DNA from: Paragordius varius
Taxonomy: Eukaryota; Animalia; Nematomorpha
DNA length: 64,000 bases
NCBI GenBank assembly: GCA_964247055.1
Contig: OZ176054.1
Location: forward strand, 10,664,001 to 10,728,000
Direction of reading: 5' to 3'
The notes beneath the pieces are model-generated. The model had not been told where the DNA came from. It searched no databases and saw only the letters and a list, made by a program, of their open reading frames with translations. The translations under genes and the position numbers were made by a program. This document shows, one piece after another, positions 54,682 to 64,000 of this stretch (position 1 is the stretch's first letter; the number at the start of each line of letters is the position of its first letter).

Positions 54682-57120
54682 TAGAACATAAAATCATATA
54701 AAATATACTAAAACAAATATTTAACATTAAATATGAGCTAATTTAGCTATAAAGCATACTTATATTGTATTTTTAAGGTGAATGCGAACTGTTTATATCA
54801 GGGTAAGTTTTAGTGTTTAAGGGCTTTTATGTGCTCAAAGGTGATTAAGTAAATGTTATATCCAACTAAAACCTAATTTGGCAATCGGCTATGTGACAAC
54901 TGACATATGCCAAGTAATTAATAGGCGCTTTATGGAAAAACTAATAGACATGGTAAACTTTTCATATTTTCATCCATCTTTAAATACCTTATCTTTAATT
55001 TATACCTTTCTATATGTTTTTATTTCCTTATAATAAATGTTGTTTCCCTTTCAAACCCCATTTTTTTATGAATGCACTAATTAATCTTAAAAAGTTTCTA
55101 AGGAAGCAACAAATTTACACAAAAGGGTCAGGATTACTTTTTCGTTTAAAATATAACAGGTAGGCAGTTTTGTCACATTTATGCCAATAATATGAAAAGT
55201 TAACTTATTTACAAAATTTACATTCCTTTGTTAGAGTAGCCAAAACTTTTCTAACACGGTATCATTTAAACAGGAATAATGAAATATTCCATTTAAAATA
55301 TATATTTTAGATGGAAGCTTATTTTAATTATAATTTTCGGAAGCTATATAGTTCCAACGTATGGTTTGCGATCTCCGGAAATTAAAATTTTATCACAACA
55401 AATTGGATTAATTTAATTTTTCTCGTAAACCTATCCAATTTATATATTACCTATTTTAGCTGGCATACTAATTAAATCTGAATTATAGTATTGAAACCAC
55501 TTTGGGGTTCAAATATTTTCGAAAGAGATTCAAAAAAATCATTTGTCTACCATTGTTTAAACGTTTCGTTTCTCCGATTTACATATAAAATAATGAAATA
55601 GATTAATGCAGTGATGAAATAGGGCATTTCTAATGAGTTTTTAAGCATTATCAATTCACCAATAGAAGACTTGTGAATAACCATGTATCAAAAATTTTTT
55701 TCATAATATTGTGATTTTAGTGATTAAAATAGGTATTTCGCTAAAATTTTACTCGAGTGAAATTTCAAAGTTTCGTGAATTGCTCAGGATTGTCAATCAA
55801 TATGCGGGAAGCTTTTATTTTTGTGATTGACGATGTATGAGAATTTTATATTAAAAAGGAATTGGAACTTAAAACAGGAGATATTAAAAATATTATTAGA
55901 AGCATAAAGGAAATGCATGAGGCCATAATCAATTTAAATAAAGATAGACTTTTCCTGTAAAATTAATCATCGCGGTTTTTTAAAGAGGCATTTAACATTA
56001 GGCGGTCTTTTGAAGGAATATCGCAAAAAGAGCACAACTATAATCTTTACCTTGATAAAATAATCTTGGACTGTTAATAAATTTACATGTCTAAAACATT
56101 TACAGAAATTTGGTTTACAAATCTTTTTAGGGATATTTTTTTACAAAAATCACTATTTAACAAGGGCAGGAAAGGGGGTAATAAAAGGGAACGAAGCCCG
56201 ATTTTCGGAACAAAGCGTATTATTTTTCCGTTAACCCACCCTTCCTATTAGTTCAAAAAATCAAATAGAAACAGGGTAGGGCGAAACACTGACGTAATTT
56301 ATAAGCGTTATTTTGGTGTTCTCATAAATGAATAAAAATCATCAATTATATTATTTGAATGGGTCTTCACGTTTTCAGGAAAATTGCTCACAGCTAGTCT
56401 TTGGTATTTTCATTATTTTAGTCAATTTATTCTGATTAAAAGTTGCTATAATAATACTGATACATATTTTCTAATTTAAATCATGGTATGCAGCAGTTAT
56501 TTAAAGGTTAGATATTTTTAGAGCTTAAAAATGTTTAAAAAATCTGTGTGCACATTACGGCTAGGCTTATATTTCTGAACATAAATATTTATACATATTT
56601 ATAAAATTTAAATATCAATCAATCTCTTTAACTTAATTTATATATTCCATAATTGTATTTCTAACACAATCGCATTATCCTAATTTTACAAGCTTAGTGC
56701 ATGTGTTTTTACAAGTTTTTTTTACTTAAATTATTTAATTTTTATAAATTCTAATATTAATTAAAATATTATTCAAAGCATCTTAATGTATATAATATTT
56801 CCTTGGTTAAACAAATATATATATATATATATATATTTAGATATCGGAATTCGAATGAATTTTATCTGCTGGACCTACAATAATATTAAATTTTAATTAT
56901 TTAATCAATATTTTTATAGTAAAATTTGGATTATGTATTAAAATTTATAGACGTTTAATCTAATTATATGAAATTTTTATTTATGTGTGACAGCCAATGA
57001 ATCCTAAATTAACAAAATTAATTTTTAATTTCCGTTTCAATCTCACAGTTCCAATTATTATTCATTTTATTACTAATATTTAAATTTATTTAAATATTTT
57101 ATTTGCGTAACCCTCAATCA

Positions 57121-59202
57121 ATGGTTAATAAAATAAATTCTTCAATAACTATAAATGTCGGGCATTTGACCAAACTACTGGACACAACAGTTATAAATGG
57201 AACAGAGGGGCAAGATGTCACAGAACTAAAGCTGGATGTGTTTAAGGATCTTATTGCAGACACTATTATGTCACAAAGGCTGAGAGATTTCAATCAGATA
57301 GCTTCGCTAATATTGATGTTGATTGGGATTGTGGGCAATTATTTGGGTATATTGAGTAGTAAATCTGTCCCTGTTCAAGTTAATCAAAGTACACACGATC
57401 TCAATCCAATTCCATCGATAAAGAAAACAAATAAATCAGATAACAGCGACGTCATACAAACTGTAAATAGCTCATGTCAAGACAAAAATAAATTGGCCAC
57501 ACAGCAAAAACCTGATCTCGTTCCAAGTAAAAATGTAAATCAAATATACACAAACCAACGGGAATCCAACCAACTGCAATTCATGAATAGAAGTATGGAA
57601 AGGTTGAAATCCTATGTTCCCACAAGCGTCCGAAGAAAAAATAATCGCGTCACCCCGTTGCCATCTCCAAAAAATAATTTTTCATCTGCCAATTCCATAA
57701 ATCGTTATGTTTTGCTTTGGTATTTCCGTATTAATTTAATAAACAGTTTTTTAATGTTAATCTATCCTATACCTTAATTGTTTTCAGGAGAACGTAATCG
57801 GCTAACAGAAACATTTTTACATTCACGTTTTTACGTTAATGTTGTCATTTATTTCGCTTATCCAACCACTCATATATTAGTGGCATATAGTTTTATTGTT
57901 TATGTAACATATTTTGCCAACCAAATGATTGCAATAACAAGACCATTTTTTTATCGAAGCCATGTCAAAACACCTTACGTTCGCAAAATACTTATAGTTT
58001 GTTTAATTTATGTCATTATTTGGCACATACCGTCCTATCATCGGCTTAAAATGATAAGCGTCCTCGTTATACCCAATCCAGCGGTAAAAAATGATGTCGT
58101 TATCAAACCGACGCCATTTTTTTGGTATGCTTATATTCTCAATCCAATACTTAAAGTCAACAATGATAGTACCCATAATTTAAATACTAAGCGTCAGGGG
58201 CGTATGTGGATAACATATTTAATATTGAGAGAAAGCTTTGTCTCAATATTACCGTTTCTAATCGTAGTAATAAGTAAACTACAAATAGTTAAGCAAAATA
58301 AAATTCGACAATCATTTCTGGAGCGAAAACAATTGAGTAATATTGTAAATCCAATTAAGCCAATATTAAACAAATTAAAAAAATCTTTGGATAGCACCAC
58401 AACTCCTAAAATAATCAAAGATGCCGAAATGCCTGTTATTCGAAGATCTAGTTCAATGAATGATGCTGATAACATTTTTAAAAAGTATCGAGATGCGGGA
58501 CTAAAATATTTAAATCAAGATTTCAAAAATATGGTTAACTGTATCCATAAGCCAAAATCGGGGTATGAAGAAAATCCTATAGTTCCATCCAGTCCTTTAG
58601 ACATATTTCATTTGGATCCGTTGCCTGTCAAAACGTCTGTTAGATTTAATAATGAAAACCCAGAATCTCTATCCAATAAAACAAATAATGAAATACAACC
58701 GCACTTTAAACGAAAGCGAAATATTATTACAAGAAAAATAAACAAATTGAAAGAAGAAACCAGCTTATCAAACTATAAAAATTTGAAAACAGAATCGGTC
58801 ATAAAGTTGGAGTCTAATTCGAAATCACGTTTATCAATGTGTGAGCGCATGCGAATCGAGAACAAGAGGCATATCAAAACTCTTTTAGTTTTGAGCTTAG
58901 AGTTTATTATTCTCTTACTGCCAATCTCTGTTTACAATATGATTGTAGATTTTTTAATTAGGGACAATTTTAATGCATACGCTCTTAATAATTTTTATAC
59001 ACTCCTTACTTTATTCCAATACGTATATGTATGCTGTACGTTTTATATAAATCTGGTTTTTAATTCGTATTATCGATCTTTCGTAAAAAATATTTTTATG
59101 GAACAATTCCAAAATATAAATTCAAAGTATTTTTTATTTAATCTCAAAATTAAAGTAAAATTATATTATTGGCTGGAATGTTTTAAAAGTTTTTTTAATT
59201 AA
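57121..59202 (+). CDS. Intronless class A (peptide-receptor-like, FMRFaR/TRHR-like clade) GPCR with one in-frame TAA at 57775-57777
   Basis: Seven hydrophobic segments: TM1 LILMLIGIVGN, TM2 ..LMLIYPIP, TM3 ..FANQMIAITRPF, TM4 ..IIWHIP, TM5 LRESFVSILPF, TM6 EFIILLLP, TM7 ..TFYINLVFNSYYR. The two track ORFs abut in the same frame. Confidence 0.8.
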
Positions 59203-61590
59203 CTAATTATAAAAGCGCCCATACGTTACGCATACCGTATTTAAAACAACTGATTACAAACCTGGAAATTTAAATTTTTATTTTTATTATGACGGAGTTC
59301 CATGAAGCTATTCGAAAAATTTTTGAAGGTAATATTATTATTTTTTATTAAGTTTGGATCAAATAAAATTTATTTAAATAAAATGTCTTATATATCTAAC
59401 AATTTTTATTTACCAAATACTTATCAATAATACGACTTTTATAAGATTAATTTCTCTTAAAGATATGTATACTGATGATTGGATTGGTTTAGAAATCAAT
59501 TAAAGTGTCAATTTTATATTTTTTGGGATTGAATTAGTACATATTTCATACGGTATTATGGGAATTTAATGGCCTTGAGATATATAAATATTTTTCATAT
59601 TTGGGATATATGTAATTTAGAAAAGATCCTTTTATTAGTACACATACAAAGTCTAAAAATATGATTTTAGACATTTTAATTATATTTTATTCCTTGTTTA
59701 TCATAAATTTAATATCATAATATATATGGTTTTTAGACGTTTGTCGGAATTATTTTTAACTTTGACAAAAGTTTTTTTTGCAAAAAAAGGATCTAACAAT
59801 TTTGATATTCGGCATTTTTATTGCTAATTTATTTTTTCGAGAATATCCGACTTTAACTAATACTCTTTTATAAATTATTTTTTAGGCTCGCTTAACCAAT
59901 ACTATCAAGTCATTAACATAAAAACTGTTAACTACGAAAATATAATTAAAAAGTTGACATTTTTTCTTTTGATGAATAATCCCCATAGTAATTTTTTTAA
60001 AATAAGATATTCGCTTTATTACTTTTCGGGATAATATTTATATCAGAATGCAGAATCAATATTAAACATTTTTGTATTTTAGCTGTTTGCATTTAATTAA
60101 TTTTGCGACTAGTTTGATAATATTATTTGGCATAAAAAATACTTTAATATTAATATTTTTAAAGTTAGGTTAAACCGACATTGTGTAAATCTGTCTACGA
60201 AAAATGGAACATTAATGAGGTGTTAACTGTTAAACAATACACAGTGTTAATCATTAAAATTTTATTTTAGCTGCCGAGCAGTTTTTAAATTTAAATATTC
60301 TCAGAAATACCGATATTTAAATTATAATTAGCCACCAATGTAGGTTCACTTTTCGTAATTTAGCTAAAATATTATACAATTAATTATAATTTAGTACCAT
60401 ATTGTGTTGGTTTTTAAGTGGAAAATCAACTGTTTTTTAAATTAGAATTCGGATGCTGTCTAACATATATAAATCTATATACTATCCATTATATGTTAGT
60501 ATTGGGCAATTCTATTTAGCAATAATGTTTTAAAATATTTTTAAATAAAAATTGGAATTCTAGAGACAAAATCTATCCCTAATTAATACATAAAAATCAT
60601 TGGTAATGTAATTGGAAAAAACAATTTTCAAATATATTTTGGAAATATAATTTTTAAATATTGTATGCCTAATAAAATGTATTTTACTCTATTATTTAAG
60701 TTAATAACTAATTGGTTTTATGCGCTAAAATAAAAATAATTGTGTGTTTTAAATTGTTAAAAAAGCCAGAATATGAAATAATCACACATATATTTAGCTA
60801 CTGTAATTTAATTTCTGAATTTATAAATAAGTTGAAATTCGATTTAATTTAACCTAAAACAAATACGATTTCAAACATTTATCCAAACTTGACACATATA
60901 TCTTTATACACGATGCTGCATGTGATGAAATAGAATTTTAAATCAAAGTTTTTTTATCACAAATCCAATCTTTAATAAATGTTTCTAAATTACTTATTTA
61001 ATTAATTATATAATTCGAATTTCAATTATTTTTCACAGCAAATTTACGACATTCTTTATCTTTAGCCTAAATCAATTTAAAACGTTTTCTTATCAATGGA
61101 AGAGAAAATCTACAAAAAGATCCTATTTTTTCTATTAAAATTAATCTTCTACCTTTCTATCTAATATAAAATTAAGTCTGATCTAAAAAAATCAATCTAA
61201 TTTAATATAACATTTTAGAATTTATACAATGTTGAGTTAATTGTTTAGGCAGATATTGGAAAATTATTTTAACTTATAACTTATATTATTAAATGATGTG
61301 ATTAATTTAAAGACAGATTATCAAATTCTAATTTTATATATATCTTACAGATATATATAAATATATAATTTATATTGAATTGTTAATTTTTAGTGTTTGG
61401 TTTTTTACCTTCTGTATCTTTTTTATTAATTTTTGCAATGTAGGAACAACACGTTTGAATAAATATTGTTATATTAGTTTTTTTGGTTTAATTTTCTACC
61501 TCTTATTGTTGAATTTTTAAAATAAGGTTTTTTGATATCTTAATATATGGAAATTTACCTATTGTTCTGTTTACTTTGAATCATAATACC

Positions 61591-63441
61591 ATGAATCGAT
61601 ATAAAGGGGCGGAGAGCTTGCAAAAATATATTCGAAACTGTTTGTATGAAATGGGTGTGAATTCGCATTTATTTTCTTTGTGTTATATTGATTGACAAAA
61701 TAACTGAACATTAAGAATTGATGTCGTTTAATGGCCATTACAACTTAACAGTTTATAAAATATTTTAATTTAAGGTCATATTAAGTCTTAAAAACTATCA
61801 CAATTACTGTAGGTTATAAATTAATATTTTAGTAAAAACTACATATATATTTTTTTTAATTAGATGTTGAAGTGTTCATGATATTACATGCAAAAAATTT
61901 TGTGGAAAATTTACCTTATGATGCCAAACTCCAACGTCAAAATATATTGGCTTCCATTAGGAATCTTAAACTCGAATATCCATCTATGAATAATTTGGGT
62001 TCATGTCCCGAATTTAACGCAGACGATACCGTGGATGTGGTAGAGGGAAAGGCAGACGAAAGTTATTTAAACGGAAAACTGGATACCAACAATGACACGG
62101 GCTTTTCTTCTAATTCTAATCGAGTATAAACCTATATATTTTATTAATATTCATAATATACTCATATTAAATTATTGATAGTGGAAGAATTATATATTTT
62201 TAGGTTTTGTATTTATGACATTAATCTAACACTAAAATACAAACATGCCCTAGTATTCCTCGATACAAAAGATACATTAGGCATGTTTAAACCCAAATAT
62301 TGGCATATATATGGAATAGCTAAAATAACGATTTTTATAAGTTGAAAACTAATTAATTTAAAATTAATTAACACAATATTTTGTTGAAAATATTTGTCAA
62401 TAGTTGTGCACAAAATTTGGGTTTTATTTAAAAAATACAATTTCTCTGCGGTGTTTCTCTTTTCCCACACCTTTAGTAAACAATGTGCCCATTATAATTT
62501 TACTTTATACCATAGTCAGATTATAGTATTATCTCATTCAACAATAAAAACAATATCAGCAACAGCGGCAATAACAATAATAATAATAACAACCTCATAG
62601 AAAAGAAGTGTAAAAAGTTTTTTAAAAAGAAATGTAAACCGTTACCATTCAACACTAAACAAAACCATCCTGTCAATGATAGAAATAACGATAATACGTT
62701 TGGGACAATCAGTGACAATGACCCCCAAGGTACAATATCAAACAATGGGAACGTCGATAAATCAAATTTTAACATGAAAAGTAGCAAGATGATTAAAATG
62801 AAAAAAGGGGGGAAATCTAATTTCTCATCTTTTTTTAATCTAAATTACTTAACCTCGACCAGCAGTAGCAAAAGAAAGTTTTTAATTACCAATAGCAATA
62901 ATATAAACGAATCACATCCGGGAAATTATGATGTGTCGGATAAATTAATGGTAAAACCCGTTTCCAGTTTTCTCAATAAGAATGACAACATGGCAGGTAT
63001 AGTATAAACTTTATGGGGCTACCAATATTTATTTTAATTGTGATTCATTAAAAATATGTCGAAAATTGTGATTATAAAATTGTTAAATCGTCTAATAATA
63101 TATACATATATTGTAGAATATAATTTATTTTTGACAATATAATATGGAAATTTATTTTAAAATGCCATATAGAAAAATAAATAAAAATTGCGTACGGTTT
63201 CGGACACTATAAAGGATGTCCGTCCTTAGAAAAATATAAATGGTGCAGTGACAAGGGGTTTAAACTTATTATTTTAATATAGAAGAAAACAACATAAATA
63301 TTTAAAGATAGATAAAGAACAACCATTGTCTCCACACCATTTATATTTTTTAACGCTGAGGACGGATATCCTTTATAGTGTCCGAAACCGTACGCAATTT
63401 TTATTTATTTTTTTATACGACACGTTTTTAAATAAATTTCC

Positions 63442-63481
<40 letters not shown>

Positions 63482-64000
63482 ATTGTTTTATTGTAAGAAT
63501 CAGAATCCAAGGGTACAAACCTAAATCGATGCGTAAGTTTACAACATTTCCCTGAACATGAAAATAGCCTTGAAAGCATAGACTGTGAAAACCCTACAAG
63601 CCCAAACATTCAAAAAGCCAATCCTCCTGACCATTTTAATTCATTTCAAAGCCAATCGTTAAAAAATGTATTGGGTGACAGTGAACCATCCAACATACTC
63701 CAAAGGTTAAATTCTAAGTCGCCTTCACAAGGTAATGTTGTGAGAACGGATGATAGCCCAACCAAATTAAATGCAATCCTTGATGAATATTTTAGCTCCA
63801 TTATAGACCCTTCCAAAAGCAATACTGCAATTAAAATCTCAACACATAATGAAGCTGAAGCAAAGTCAGAAAATACCGGAATGTTTTCAGAACCAAATAA
63901 ATTACCCCTACCATCAGTAGACGTTAATACACAGCTAAATTCATCAATCAACCCTTCAATAACAAGAAATACTGCTAAATCTGATACTAAAATCAACGCT
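61591..64000 (+). CDS. Partial gene: SAM-like N-terminal segment followed by a long S/N-rich disordered region; runs off right edge
   Basis: Phase-compatible exons 61591-61654, 61864-62123, 62516-62996, 63498->64000; LQKYIRNCLYEMDVEVFMIL...RQNILASIRNL resembles SAM helices; poly-Asn tract. Confidence 0.6.
63138..63450. repeat. Foldback MITE-like element in intron
   Basis: ~120-bp arms with near-perfect core aaattgcgtacggtttcggacactataaaggat.tccgtcct. Confidence 0.9.

Noticed and set aside
55740-56100. Possible Tigger/pogo transposase C-terminal relic
   Set aside because: Only vague compositional resemblance; no diagnostic motif or TIR found.

Overview
Very AT-rich eukaryotic (animal-like, invertebrate) genomic DNA: intron-containing genes separated by, and interrupted by, many decayed transposons and (TA)n microsatellites. 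Left to right: (1) 5' part of a divergent MGAT2-like GlcNAc-transferase (minus, runs off the left edge); (2) a ~16-exon atypical, Gyc88E/89D-type soluble guanylyl cyclase (minus, 16753 to ~6516) with an O2-binding-type H-NOX; (3) two head-to-head, exon-phase-conserved paralogues of a protein family I cannot name (minus from 29944, starting with a signal peptide; plus ~32300-36130); (4) a complete 10-exon ASNSD1 (plus, 40427-52604) with 23-25 nt introns next to 3.7 kb introns; (5) an intronless class A GPCR with giant intracellular loops and one in-frame TAA (57121-59202); (6) the start of a SAM-like/low-complexity gene running off the right edge. Mobile DNA: three Mos1-like mariner relics, several hAT elements and MITEs (three with perfect 8-bp TSDs), three copies of a non-autonomous Helitron (one nested in a hAT and carrying a different 3' end), a BovB/RTE-like fragment and foldback elements. 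No rRNA, tRNA or CRISPR seen. Gene models were spliced by hand from GT-AG sites and phase, and protein identities come from remembered family motifs, not database searches.
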